From assembly GCA_963845065.1 (NCBI GenBank), contig CAWJQQ010000009.1, positions 64,001-128,000 on the forward strand: 64,000 nt of DNA, in the 5' to 3' direction. The translations under genes and the position numbers were made by a program. This document shows positions 1 to 10,620 of the stretch, in pieces. This stretch comes from Nitrospirota bacterium. GTDB lineage: Bacteria > Nitrospirota > UBA9217. Every line of letters begins with the position of its first letter. The stretch's first letter is position 1. The notes under the pieces are model-generated. The model was given only the letters and a program-made list of their open reading frames with translations. It did no database searches and was not told where the DNA came from.

Positions 1-239
1 CCTTCTGAGGCATCTTGTTTATCTTATGCCATTCCTTGTTCATTTTTCTCTCCGCAGGTATTTCCTCAGGCTTCGGATCAACTTAACACCCATGGTGCAA
101 AAATCATGGATGTAACAAACATTATCAATGCCATCCAAATATCAAGACTTCAGAAAGAAACCCTTCACTCTACTAAAATGCTAAATTTTAAAGCATGCAA
201 TTTATCAAAACATATTTTCAACGGTTCGTAGCCGCCGTT

Positions 240-1058
240 CTACTTCCAGTTTATTCTTGCTTCTTTCCTGAGCGGAATACGGTAATATTTGTACTTTGGG
301 TACCCAACCATCATCGCGCCGTAACAAGTATACCCTGCCGGCAGAGCTAGATCTTTCTGGAGCGGAGGCCAGACGCGCGCTGCACGATCGAAATACCCGG
401 CCCAACATGCACCTAATCCGTTTGCCTGCGCAGCGAGCTCCAGATAGGCCAAAGCGATCGTGCAGGCGGACTGTGCCATCATGTTGTCCTTGTGTGCGTA
501 AGTGATGACCATATGCGGAGCGCTTCGACAGACGCCGTCAATGCCCTTTTCCCATGCGTCCACAACGCGTTGAAGCAGAAGCAACCTTGCATAATCAGGC
601 TTCTCCTGAATCATGTATCTCATCCAGTCGATTACTACCCCTGTGAGCCGCCTGACCTCTGATGTGTTGTGGATAATGAGCCACTCGACAGGCCCTGTAT
701 TGTGGCCCGAAGGGCCAGCTGAAGCAGTTCCTACAATGCGTGCGAGATCAACGCGGTCTACTGCATCACTTCTGTACGCGCGGATAGACCTTCGTCCGCG
801 AAGAAACTGTTCAGCCTGCTCCGCCTTGAGCGAAAGCTCCGTTTTGATCGGTGTGCATTGTTCCGATGTCATTGCGCTGTGTGAAAGTGCACCTGTGGGG
901 CATGCGGCAACACAGTGTCCGCATCTAATGCATAAATCCTCAGCGTCCTTGGTGGGTGTAGGGACCGAGTCCATATTCTCGATGATTCCGAGTGGGCAGA
1001 CAGCGACACAAATATTATCTTTATTACATTTGGATGTGTCAACAACAAAAAGGCTCAT
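240..1058 (-). CDS. Nitroreductase family protein with N-terminal 2x[4Fe-4S] ferredoxin domain
   Basis: CNKDNICVAVCP and CIRCGHCVAACP ferredoxin motifs; RRSIRAY, PSGHN and GLGACWAG nitroreductase motifs; start set at the ATG following a GGAGG RBS. Confidence 0.9.
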   Translation of the reverse strand: MSLFVVDTSKCNKDNICVAVCPLGIIENMDSVPTPTKDAEDLCIRCGHCVAACPTGALSHSAMTSEQCTPIKTELSLKAEQAEQFLRGRRSIRAYRSDAVDRVDLARIVGTASAGPSGHNTGPVEWLIIHNTSEVRRLTGVVIDWMRYMIQEKPDYARLLLLQRVVDAWEKGIDGVCRSAPHMVITYAHKDNMMAQSACTIALAYLELAAQANGLGACWAGYFDRAARVWPPLQKDLALPAGYTCYGAMMVGYPKYKYYRIPLRKEARINWK

Positions 1059-1148
1059 ATGATCACCTCCGCAAGTTATCAACTATGACCTCAAGATCTT
1101 TTTTGTATGATTTTATAAATTTCATGATGGTAGAAAATTTTGTTCGTA

Positions 1149-4100
1149 TCAAGCAAGCAATGAATTTAATGTTTTCTGCAAATCGTCTAGAATGTAAGGT
1201 TTTTTGAGGAAGGACCGGAAACCCTGTTTACGATAATTCGACAGGGCTGCATCATCAGAATAGCCGCTCGATACGACAGCCTTTACGTCAGGATCAATAT
1301 CGACCAGTCTTCTCAGAGCCTCCATTCCGCCCATCCCTCCCCGGATAGTCAGATCCAGGATGACAACATCGAAAGGTCGACCGGCTTCCCGCTCGGCCCG
1401 ATAGGCTTCCAGCGCTGCTTCGCCTGTTTGCGCAAATGCAACATCATGACCTAATGTGGTCAGCATTTCTCCCGCAACTGCTCTGATTATCTCCTCATCA
1501 TCCATGACAAGGATCCTGCCCTTCTTCTTAGCTGCCGTGTTCGCCGGGCATTTTGGTTCTTCCAGCTCTGCATGAGATGCAGGAAGATAGATAAAAAAGG
1601 TGGTCCCTTTGCTGACCTCAGATTGTACACGGACCAGACCTCCATGGTTGTTGATGATGGAATAAACGGTGGCGAGTCCCAGCCCGCTCCCTTTCTCTTT
1701 GGTCGTGAAGTAAGGGTCGAATATCTTCGTCAGATGCTCTGCAGGGATTCCCATGCCTTGGTCTTGGATTGCTATCTCCACAAGATCACCCTGCAGGTCG
1801 GCAGGCGGGACAATCGTCGCGGCGGGCATATTCCGGACAGATACGCGGATCATGCCGCCCATCGGCATCGCCTGATCGGCGTTCAACACGATGTTCTGTA
1901 TTACTTGGCCAATCTGTCCCTCATCTGCTTCGACTGCGTGGAGATTCTCATCGATAACTATTTCATGGTTGATGCGAGAACCGCTCAGGGCGAACGATAC
2001 CGAGTTCTCGATCAATGGCCGGAGAGCAAAGGTTTTCTTCACCGGCCTTCCGCCTTTGGAAAAGGTAAGGAGTTGGGAGGTGAGGTTAACTGACTGATGC
2101 AATGCCTTTTCCGCCTGCGTGAGCATGGAGAGCGACTTCTCCTTCTGATCGAAAGTAAGTTTGGCCATGGAGATGTAGCCGAAAATACCCTGCAGAAGAT
2201 TGTTGAAGTCATGAGCGATTCCACCGGCGAGAGTACCGATGGACTCGAGCTTCTGTGTCTTGAGCCTTTCATCCTCAATGAGGCGTTGATCCGTGATATC
2301 CCACACGATACCGTTGACCCTGACGGGTTGTCCCTTGTCGTCGCGGACCAGTCTGCCGCGGGCCGCAACATAATGGATGCTTTCGTCAGGCCAAACAACG
2401 CGATATGTTGTCTCGTAGTTTACATTCTGTTCAATGGCCCGGGCGAGCGTTGTTTTGATCTTTTCGTGATCCTCTGGATGCACTGCCCGGAAGAATTCAT
2501 CCAAGGCCCCAGTAAAGGCCTTCACATCGATTCCCATCAATTGACAGGTCAGGTCATCGAAATAGTGCTTTTTTTGCTTGATATCGAAGTGCCAAACGCC
2601 CATATGTGCGGACTGCAGCGCAAGATCGAGCCGTTCCTGGTTCTCGCGCAGTGCGTCCTCCGCCCGCTTCCGTTCAGTGATGTCACGGGTAACATTAACG
2701 ATATAGGGGATGTGATCGATCTCGATGAGTGAAGCAGACATCAATCCATAGATTATTCGCGAATCCTTCGTGCGGAAGTGCGCTTCCAGGTTCTTAACCT
2801 CTCCCTGCTTCCGCAACCCATCCACAAGTTTTTGCCGATCTGCCGGATCAGCCCAAATATCCAGCTCAAGTGAGGTTTTGCCGATGACATCGTTAGCGGT
2901 GTAGCCAGTTATCGCAGTAAATCCGTCATTGATTGAAACATACATCCCGTCCTGAAGTCGGTTGATGTTAATCGAATCGGGACTGGTCATGAACACCTTG
3001 CGAAATTTTTCCTCGCTAGTCCGCAGCACTTCCTCCATCTGCTTTCGTTCGGTGACGTCGAGGACGGCACCGATGGTCCGTACTGGGCGGCGCTCATCGC
3101 CTTCGACTTCAAATAACGTCTGTGATCGTTCCTTCAGCCAGCGGACGGTGCCGTCTCGGCGTATGATCCGAAACTCAACGTCCCGGATTCCATCCCCCAC
3201 AGGATCGTGTGAGTGTCGGATAGCAGCCGCAACGCTATCGAAATCCTCAGGGTGGATGAGATCGAGAAACATCTGCAGGGTTATCGATTCATCCGGGCCC
3301 CATCCGAGGATTATCCGCTGCTGCGGCGACCAGTAGATGGTGCCCATGTGCTGGTCGTGATCGAAGATGCCGATCTGAGAAACGCTGACGGCCTGGCGTA
3401 ATCGTTCGTCCCGTTCGCGCAGTGCTTCCTCTGATTGCCTGCGCTGGGTGATGTCGTATGCAGCATAAACGATCCCAACCGGTGAATTGTCCAATGAATT
3501 TGTGATTGCGGATACGGACACGATGACGTCGAATCGCTGCCCGCTCCTACTGTGCCATGTCATCTCATGAGAAGAGGAGTCCCCGCTCGAGAGCGCGGGG
3601 GTGTTGAATTTGGCTAGCGCGGGAAGAATTGACCCTATATCCATGCCGAGGAGTTCTGATTTTTGATAACCAAGCATCTCCTCGGCTATGCGGCTGGTCA
3701 CTCTGATCTGGCCTTTGAGGTCTATAACGATCACCGCACTCTGCATGGTCTCCAGAATTCTATCCGCGGCCAACTCAGGAGTGATATCTGTGAATTGGTA
3801 TCGCATGATGATGTAGGCGCTCACTACAATAAAGAAGCCTATAGGGAGATATCCGAATGGATAGATGGGAATGCCAAAGGCCGGAAGAAAGTCAACTGCG
3901 CCCAGATAACCAATGCTAAAGGCTATCAGCAGCCCTTTCAATCTTTTCTTCTGTCGCACTGTTGAACTTTGCCGGTATGCAAACCAGTAGAGACGGAGGA
4001 CAAAAATCATGATAATAGAAAAAAACCCCAGGAAGACAAAACCCAGAGGTCCATACTGAGCAAACCTGCCCCAGAAGAACTGGGTGCTCCCCTTGACCTG

Positions 4101-4484
4101 CAGATCAGTGAAAAAGGATCCGAACGTAATTAGCGTTGATAGAACGAAGCTGGATGCGACGGCGAAACGATACCGATGGCGCAGGTTGAGACGATCTACG
4201 GTCGAGAGAAGTATGGTGGAGGGGATGAAGACAGATCCCAGTTGAGCGATCCTGATCCAGAGCAGCGACAGACCCTCGTCGCGGCTTGCATAGTTTGCTC
4301 CGGTAGCAAATAAATAAAAACCGATACTCAGGCACATGAAAAGGAAAGAGATTCCGATCCGGGATCCATGTTCCCGGATAAGAATGAAAAAACCAAGGAA
4401 GGTAATCGCCGCTCCCACAATGAACATGGGGAACGCGTAGCCATTAAAAAAATAGTTTTCTGGATTCAGTATCTGAACGATCAC
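1149..4484 (-). CDS. Hybrid sensor histidine kinase (7TM N-terminus, multiple PAS/PAC, HisKA, HATPase, receiver)
   Basis: Hydrophobic N-terminus, repeated PAC endings (DITQRRQ, DVTERKQ, DITERKR), AHDFNN H-box, GSGLGL G2 box, C-terminal ILVMDDE...DLT...KP receiver. Confidence 0.93.
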   Translation of the reverse strand: MIVQILNPENYFFNGYAFPMFIVGAAITFLGFFILIREHGSRIGISFLFMCLSIGFYLFATGANYASRDEGLSLLWIRIAQLGSVFIPSTILLSTVDRLNLRHRYRFAVASSFVLSTLITFGSFFTDLQVKGSTQFFWGRFAQYGPLGFVFLGFFSIIMIFVLRLYWFAYRQSSTVRQKKRLKGLLIAFSIGYLGAVDFLPAFGIPIYPFGYLPIGFFIVVSAYIIMRYQFTDITPELAADRILETMQSAVIVIDLKGQIRVTSRIAEEMLGYQKSELLGMDIGSILPALAKFNTPALSSGDSSSHEMTWHSRSGQRFDVIVSVSAITNSLDNSPVGIVYAAYDITQRRQSEEALRERDERLRQAVSVSQIGIFDHDQHMGTIYWSPQQRIILGWGPDESITLQMFLDLIHPEDFDSVAAAIRHSHDPVGDGIRDVEFRIIRRDGTVRWLKERSQTLFEVEGDERRPVRTIGAVLDVTERKQMEEVLRTSEEKFRKVFMTSPDSININRLQDGMYVSINDGFTAITGYTANDVIGKTSLELDIWADPADRQKLVDGLRKQGEVKNLEAHFRTKDSRIIYGLMSASLIEIDHIPYIVNVTRDITERKRAEDALRENQERLDLALQSAHMGVWHFDIKQKKHYFDDLTCQLMGIDVKAFTGALDEFFRAVHPEDHEKIKTTLARAIEQNVNYETTYRVVWPDESIHYVAARGRLVRDDKGQPVRVNGIVWDITDQRLIEDERLKTQKLESIGTLAGGIAHDFNNLLQGIFGYISMAKLTFDQKEKSLSMLTQAEKALHQSVNLTSQLLTFSKGGRPVKKTFALRPLIENSVSFALSGSRINHEIVIDENLHAVEADEGQIGQVIQNIVLNADQAMPMGGMIRVSVRNMPAATIVPPADLQGDLVEIAIQDQGMGIPAEHLTKIFDPYFTTKEKGSGLGLATVYSIINNHGGLVRVQSEVSKGTTFFIYLPASHAELEEPKCPANTAAKKKGRILVMDDEEIIRAVAGEMLTTLGHDVAFAQTGEAALEAYRAEREAGRPFDVVILDLTIRGGMGGMEALRRLVDIDPDVKAVVSSGYSDDAALSNYRKQGFRSFLKKPYILDDLQKTLNSLLA

Positions 4485-4837
4485 AACCCCTCCACTGAGA
4501 CTCTCAAGGACGATACCGGAAGCCTCTATTATGCTTCAATTCGTTTCCGCCGAAGAATGTAAACTGATATGTTTCATGGCATTGTCCAAGTTTAAGTGTC
4601 CGATAAGGTGAACGCAGTGCACTTCGTAGATGTAACCCGTGAACATGCTGAACGAGAACTGCCTCAGCATAACTTATAACCGGAGTATAAAGAGGAAACG
4701 CTATGATTTATGCGTACCTGATTGTAGCTCAGAATGTAACTTTTTGTCAATCATTTGAATGAGTTTTTTAAAGGATTATCTATCACGCTGAAAGAAAATA
4801 CTTTTAAAGGATGTAGGTTGCACCGGAGTCTTAGATG

Positions 4838-5047
4838 TCAATTCTGCAAATGATTTGTGCAGTTCCTGGAAGATGCATTCTGAAGCCTTAAGCCTTTTGA
4901 ATACTTCTTCTGATAACCTCTCGCATGGCCGGCAGGATCAATTATTAGACAACTTAATCCTTCCTGACTGATACCCAGTGGAGAAAATATGTGCTGTCGC
5001 ATGCAGTCGCAATAACTTAGACCCGAGGTCGCTTCAATCACCTTGCC
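4838..5047 (-). pseudogene. Internal fragment of a serine hydrolase/beta-lactamase family gene
   Basis: GKVIEATSGLSYCDCMRQHIFSPLGI resembles the family segment after the YxN motif; no start or catalytic SxxK region. Confidence 0.6.
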
Positions 5048-5049
5048 AA

Positions 5050-5270
5050 GTTGCCAGCAGGCTCAACAAGCTGCGGATGGCATGAAGCCTACTCCACTTC
5101 ATCAGTAATTCACAAATTCCAGTTGAAGCAAGGTCGCGCCCGAGCGCGAGTAGTTTGTGTTTAGTAGGCATAATCGCGATCAATGTAAAGGGCACGATCA
5201 AAGAGATCAACTCAGCACTGCACCGGCACACCACATGATACCACCGCCGACTAAATCTGGATAGAAAGTA
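5050..5270 (-). pseudogene. C-terminal fragment of a DUF1772 (anthrone oxygenase-like) membrane protein
   Basis: IVPFTLIAIMPTKHKLL...KWSRLHAIRSLLSLLA resembles the family C-terminus; the 5' part is missing or frameshifted. Confidence 0.55.
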
Positions 5271-5281
5271 GTCTAAGCTGT

Positions 5282-5755
5282 CTAAGTTGGCTTAAAAACC
5301 ATCAAGTAAAGATTAATCAAGGGCAGTATTGTCGCGATTATTCCGAAAACGATCCAAAGCCGTCCGATGCGCCAGTACATTCCCGGAATCTCACTGCCGA
5401 CGGCAAAAGCCTTGGCAATACGTGCCTGTTTAATCTGAACGGGTATGAGGATAAGTATCCAGATTATTCCTGATGCGATGAACAACCAAAGCCCCCATGC
5501 TAACCAACGTATGTGCCAATAATCCATGTTGAGGAGATGGGCATTTACGATTCCAGTAATAAGAATTAGCAATGCTCCACCTGCAGTAAAAATAATGTCG
5601 GTCAACGTAACCTGGCGCTGTGCATAGGCGACTACCCTGGATTGTTTTGTACGATCTGCCATAGTTTTCCACCAAGCGGTGATAATGATATTACCGAGGA
5701 AAAATACAACTCCTAAGATATGAAGACTCTTTAGAAAAAGATATGTGTTAGTCAT
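5282..5755 (-). CDS. DUF2269 family membrane protein
   Basis: LKSLHILGVVFFLGN start, 4 TM helices, YLMVFKP end typical of the family. Confidence 0.8.
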   Translation of the reverse strand: MTNTYLFLKSLHILGVVFFLGNIIITAWWKTMADRTKQSRVVAYAQRQVTLTDIIFTAGGALLILITGIVNAHLLNMDYWHIRWLAWGLWLFIASGIIWILILIPVQIKQARIAKAFAVGSEIPGMYWRIGRLWIVFGIIATILPLINLYLMVFKPT

Positions 5756-6011
5756 TTGATCATTTCTCCTTTGAAATAATGTTTAACTATGATCATGGCC
5801 TAAGCACAAATACGGTCTTGCACGCTGCGAATTACTGCTGACAGGCTCCTCCGGATCGTATTTATGTTGATTTTATGAGTCAAATATAGCACAGGTGGCA
5901 ATTTACATCTAGCATCTTGTGCATGATATCGTTAGTACAGATTGATCGCGTACTACAATCCTCCGGTCACATTATACAGATACCCAGAGGCCACACTGAA
6001 AAGGAGAAACC

Positions 6012-6465
6012 ATGCAAATATCAGATGCCATAAGAACTTTCAGGACGCAGCAGGTCGCAACTTTGAGACACAACACACAAGTTCACTACGTCTCGCTGCT
6101 AGATCACATCCAGCAGCATTTTGGTGGTAGAGAAATAGAGTCAATAACGGCTGGCGAGGTCGGTCTGTTTCTCGAGTCGCAGACCGCGAATAAGGCTAAG
6201 TCAACACGTCGGCTGATGTATGCGCAGGTTAAAGCATTCTTCAATTTTCTAATCAATGAGTGTCTCATGGACATCAAGAATCCTTGTTCACATCCGCTGA
6301 TTGCGAGGCAGTACAAGAATCCCAAACCGAGCACCACGGGAAATAACTGATAAAGAGCTTGTAGATCAACTGATTTACAGTACAAAGTCTGACAGAGATC
6401 GTCTTATACTTGAACTGCAGGCGCGATGCGGATTAAGAATCGGAGAGGTGCTGCCCGGCCTGTGA
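6012..6465 (+). pseudogene. Tyrosine recombinase/integrase, frameshifted and 3'-truncated
   Basis: SAM-like N-terminus in ORF 6012-6350; after a frameshift near 6345 it reads DKELVDQLIYSTKSDRDRLILELQARCGLRIGEVL (catalytic Arg box), then stops. Confidence 0.8.
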
Positions 6466-6499
6466 TAGTTAGTTCTTCATAAGACTATTTAAATAGGGC

Positions 6500-6527
6500 T
6501 TGACATTTATATTATGTATTATATACT
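6500..6527 (+). promoter_or_regulatory. Putative sigma70 promoter for the 6625 gene
   Basis: TTGACA (6500-6505), 16 nt spacer, TATACT. Confidence 0.45.
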
Positions 6528-6624
6528 ATTGTATACTTATGTATGACTTAGGAAAGGAAATAAAGCATGCTGCAAATAAATCTGTCATTGCAAAAACTTT
6601 TACAAAAAAATCTATAAGGAGGAA

Positions 6625-7947
6625 ATGCGAATGAACAGATATAGGATCTACAATGTCACGGCGGTTCTCATTTTCACTTTGCTGGTTATGTGTCTCGGAA
6701 TTACTTTGGCCGGGTGCAGCAGTGGGGGTGGCGGATCGAATTCACCCGGGCCAGTCGTTTCAACAACCGCGAGTTTTGTAGGGACTCAATCTCCAGGAGA
6801 TTTCTGGACGTGGATAAATGATAAGAGTTCAATGTCCTTTACGGCATCAAATAATACGCAGGATGTGTATTATTCAGGCAGTGTAAGTTCATTAACTGGC
6901 ACTTCATCCGGTTTTTTTAAATTGAATATTACAAGTTCAAACGACGGTAGTATTTCTCTTCCTACCTCTTCACTTGCATACGCATTAACGATTCCCAATA
7001 CTATGGTAATGTCAGCGGTGGCGCCATTTTATACGCTCAACCATAGTGGAGAAACTCAGTTATCTATTCATGGTCCCGTTGTTGTTGCAGCGCAAGGCAG
7101 CTGTCCCTCATCTGGAACTACTACTACTGTAAACTGGATTGTCATGCCTAACGATCACTGGTGCCCCACTGATACGGCTTCTATTGCAACAGGAACCTGT
7201 ACAGCTGCAGATAACGCATATGGGACGGCTGTGATAACTGCAGGGAGTGGAACGACAGATACCATAAGTGTCACGCCCTATCATTTAGACGGATCACCAG
7301 GCAATCCTGTCTCCCTGACAGGGTGTTCGTGTAGTGAGGGCGTTATACAGTGTGCAGACTCGAATAGTAATCCCGTGAGGATTGCATTTACCCCATCAGG
7401 TGTTTTCACTGAGGACACTGCCAGCTATGGCCTCGTAGGGGTAGTGCAGCCAACCGCAAATATAAGAATCAGTGATTTGGCGGCCAGTGGAAATATGTTT
7501 AAAGGTGTGGTTTTTGATTCCTGGGATGACTACTTGGATGGTTGCCATGTAGATAGTGATTGCAGCAATCCACAAAACGTTAGCGCTTCTGGAGTTTCTG
7601 GCGGCACGTGTTTTAGCGGACATTGTGGTGTACCTGAAACACAACCAATATTCGTATCTGCTGACGGGTCTAACTTAAATGCACAAACATATATTGACAT
7701 TGATACTGGAGAAGTCAACACGGCAGTCAGTGCCGTAAATCTTACGGGTGCATCATCAGAACCGTCTCCTGGATTAATAACCACAACACTTTCTAGTCCC
7801 ACGGGACCGGGTTGTAACATTCCGGGAACATTTCCTTTTGTTATGGTTGCAACCCAGATAAACAATAAGTATGTTGCATTCGCCATTACGCATAGTACTT
7901 GTCCAACATTCGATACGTCTCTTAATGTGTTAGTGATTGAACAATAG
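6625..7947 (+). CDS. Ser/Thr/Gly- and Cys-rich lipoprotein of unknown function
   Basis: AAGGAGG RBS, signal peptide with LAGC lipobox followed by a SSGGGGS linker; beta-rich sequence with many Cys and no CxxCH. Confidence 0.8.
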   Translation: MRMNRYRIYNVTAVLIFTLLVMCLGITLAGCSSGGGGSNSPGPVVSTTASFVGTQSPGDFWTWINDKSSMSFTASNNTQDVYYSGSVSSLTGTSSGFFKLNITSSNDGSISLPTSSLAYALTIPNTMVMSAVAPFYTLNHSGETQLSIHGPVVVAAQGSCPSSGTTTTVNWIVMPNDHWCPTDTASIATGTCTAADNAYGTAVITAGSGTTDTISVTPYHLDGSPGNPVSLTGCSCSEGVIQCADSNSNPVRIAFTPSGVFTEDTASYGLVGVVQPTANIRISDLAASGNMFKGVVFDSWDDYLDGCHVDSDCSNPQNVSASGVSGGTCFSGHCGVPETQPIFVSADGSNLNAQTYIDIDTGEVNTAVSAVNLTGASSEPSPGLITTTLSSPTGPGCNIPGTFPFVMVATQINNKYVAFAITHSTCPTFDTSLNVLVIEQ

Positions 7948-7951
7948 TTTT

Positions 7952-7990
7952 AATAGCAGTCTGCCTGTAATTTACAGGCAGACTGCTATT
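7952..7990 (+). terminator. Perfect inverted repeat, likely terminator
   Basis: aatagcagtctgcctgtaa-t-ttacaggcagactgctatt immediately after the stop codon. Confidence 0.8.
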
Positions 7991-8089
7991 TGTATAAACA
8001 TCATTTCTTATTAAATGGATTCATTAGGAATGTGTCTTGCGAATGAAATGCCGCCTCGTAGTCCGATGCGTAGCTCCGCTTCACAGCAA

Positions 8090-8220
8090 TTCTCTGCGAC
8101 GTCCAGAATCGAAGAGCAGACTGAACAGGTAGGGTGGTGAGTTTTCCGACTTGACATCGGCCAGGCCTCCGCGCACCCCAAGCAGGATGGCGAGTACCGG
8201 CTGTAGAATGAACTTATTAA
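8090..8220 (-). pseudogene. Fragment of a hypothetical membrane protein gene
   Basis: Reads KFILQPVLAILLGVRGGLADVKSENSPPYLFSLLFDSGRRRELL*; protein-like, with no start codon. Confidence 0.4.
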
Positions 8221-8557
8221 AAATTCATGCGGATACCGAAACTCGATTGTAATTTTTTTGTAACTAAATCCGCACTAAGTGCCACAAAAGGGCACAAACT
8301 CCTGTTGGGCTAAGTAAGGATTAGATACCCTTGACACCGCAGAGGGTTTCTCGTAATCAGCCATTGTGAGTCGGAGCGAATCGGTCGAAGAAAAGCTCTC
8401 ATACTTCGCACCTCTATGGAATCTTTAAATTAAAATGTCAATAAATATTTCACCGCCAAATAAATGACAACATCTATATTTTAAATAATCATTAAAAATC
8501 AGCAAATTAATGAATGGTATAATTGTTGCTTCATATCCAAATATAAAGGAGGAACAT

Positions 8558-9202
8558 ATGAAGAAAATATATTTAATCTTTTCAGTTTTTATTTTATCTG
8601 CAATGACAGGATGCTTTGCAGCAGCACCACCCTTTGACATTAATCCTGTAACGCCAAATCTAAATATAGCTTCAACAAACGTGAAGCCAATCAGACTTGC
8701 TGTTGTTATCCAGGATCCCATGGCATATACAGTTTTCTACCAGGGTCAAGGCGGATACAAACGTGACATGACGGCGGAATTCCGCAACAGAGCATTCCCC
8801 CTAGAAAGTAATTTGTCAAAGATAAGCTCTGATACCTTCTCGCAGGCATTCAAGCAGGTTGTAGTTTTGCGCGAGCTTCCTCAGCCCGGGCAGTATGATG
8901 CCATTGTAAATATAAACATTGGCCTCATACTGATGAAAGAATCAGTAATAGTGACCGGCGAGACATCTGATGTGACCGCCGAATGGATCATGACCGTCAT
9001 GGATAACCAGAACAGGGAAATATTGAACAAAAAGGGTGTATCCCCAATACATAACTTCCATTGGAGTGTCATAAACCCACAGAGCACCACGGTTATTGGG
9101 ATGAACGAGACCATGTCGCTTATTTTAAGCGAACTGGCAAAAGAGTGGGGTACGACCCTCTATGCATTGAATCTGCCGAATACAGCCGGAGTCATTCCAT
9201 GA
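8558..9202 (+). CDS. Putative lipoprotein
   Basis: AAGGAGG RBS, MKK start, MTGC lipobox-like motif; stop overlaps the next start (ATGA). Confidence 0.8.
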   Translation: MKKIYLIFSVFILSAMTGCFAAAPPFDINPVTPNLNIASTNVKPIRLAVVIQDPMAYTVFYQGQGGYKRDMTAEFRNRAFPLESNLSKISSDTFSQAFKQVVVLRELPQPGQYDAIVNINIGLILMKESVIVTGETSDVTAEWIMTVMDNQNREILNKKGVSPIHNFHWSVINPQSTTVIGMNETMSLILSELAKEWGTTLYALNLPNTAGVIP

Positions 9203-10620
9203 TCCGGCGTCTCTCCCTGGCATTCTCGTTATTGATGTTTCTATACGGATGTTTTGCCACGATCGCCGCTCCCACAGTCATCCCCGTGTCGGACCTAGTG
9301 CCTGCGGATAAAGGCGGGGTTCTTTCGCAAAATAGGCTATATTCTGTCGTAATTGAAAGGTTCCGTGACGAACGCTCCAGCAGAAGCATCCTCGGCCAAT
9401 ATGATTTGCAAGGGAAGGGAGGTTTTCTTGGCACGGTAACAATCGTTCCTGACCGTGACGTTACGGAAGTTTTCGAGAACATCGTGAAAAAATCCCTCAC
9501 ACGGCGCGGAATAATCGAGGCTCAATCGCCGCTAATTCTTCGGGGAACAATTAAAAAGGTCAATGTTGGTTCAACACCGGATTCCCAGACGTTAAGAGCG
9601 GAGACATTTATCGAACTTACGGTTATTAATTCCATTACAGGTGCAATGATTTGGCAGAAAAATTTTATAGGAACTGCTACGGGCGCCGAACCGAAAACGA
9701 CCCTTGCCTTATCATTTGATGATCTCGCGGGAGCCCTTGACCGTGACGAAACTCTTACTTCTCTCCGTCAAACATTTATTGCGGCTGGCGGAAAACTTCC
9801 CGAACTTACTTCTTCAGGGACACAATATGAAGAACCGCAGAAATTCATCAATTCCGATGTTGATGATGTCCCAATTTCAGGGAAAATAACAAACAGTAAG
9901 TCATATGCCATCGTTATCGGTATTGAGCAGTATCGCCAGAAATTGCCGCAGGCTACTTTCGCAGCACGCGATGCGCAAACAGTAACAAACTATCTAACCC
10001 GGACAATGGGTTACCCCGAGGAGAATATTGTCACATTGATCAACGAGCATGCCGCTAAAAGCGACCTAGAGAAGTACATTGAAAAGTGGCTTCCAAGCAA
10101 TGCTACACCGGATTCAACGATCTTTGTCTATTATTCAGGTCATGGAGCGCCAAATCCTTCTTCAGGAGACTCCTATCTTGTCCCCTATGACGGCGACCCC
10201 TCCTTCATTAACGAGACAGGCTATTCTCTTCAACGTCTTTACGCTATGCTTGGGAAAATCCGGTCCAAAAAGATCATCGTCGCGCTCGATTCCTGCTTCT
10301 CAGGAGCGGGCGGCCGTTCTGTTATTGCCCATGGCACGCGTCCTCTTGTCATGAATATGAAAGATGTTATAATCCCTAGGGGGATAACCGTTCTCTCTGC
10401 ATCTTCCAGAGAGCAGATCAGCCAGTCCTACGATGATAATGGGCATGGGCTATTTACCTATTTTCTTCTGAAGGGTATCAAGACAAAGAACGTCGTGCAT
10501 GATGATGGTTCACTCGACACCACGGCCCTTTTTGAATACGTGAAACCTCAGGTTCAGAGCATAGCAAGAAACAAATACCATAACGAACAGACACCGCAGC
10601 TTATCGGGGAAAGCCAGTGA
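9199..10620 (+). CDS. Caspase-family (peptidase C14) lipoprotein
   Basis: LYGC lipobox; YAIVIGIEQY, YYSGHG (catalytic His), LDSCFSG (catalytic Cys), HGLFTYFLLKG, QTPQ. Confidence 0.9.
   Translation: MIRRLSLAFSLLMFLYGCFATIAAPTVIPVSDLVPADKGGVLSQNRLYSVVIERFRDERSSRSILGQYDLQGKGGFLGTVTIVPDRDVTEVFENIVKKSLTRRGIIEAQSPLILRGTIKKVNVGSTPDSQTLRAETFIELTVINSITGAMIWQKNFIGTATGAEPKTTLALSFDDLAGALDRDETLTSLRQTFIAAGGKLPELTSSGTQYEEPQKFINSDVDDVPISGKITNSKSYAIVIGIEQYRQKLPQATFAARDAQTVTNYLTRTMGYPEENIVTLINEHAAKSDLEKYIEKWLPSNATPDSTIFVYYSGHGAPNPSSGDSYLVPYDGDPSFINETGYSLQRLYAMLGKIRSKKIIVALDSCFSGAGGRSVIAHGTRPLVMNMKDVIIPRGITVLSASSREQISQSYDDNGHGLFTYFLLKGIKTKNVVHDDGSLDTTALFEYVKPQVQSIARNKYHNEQTPQLIGESQ

Noticed and set aside
8325..8365. 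tRNA gene
   Set aside because: Only anticodon-like words are present; there is no T-arm, acceptor stem or cloverleaf
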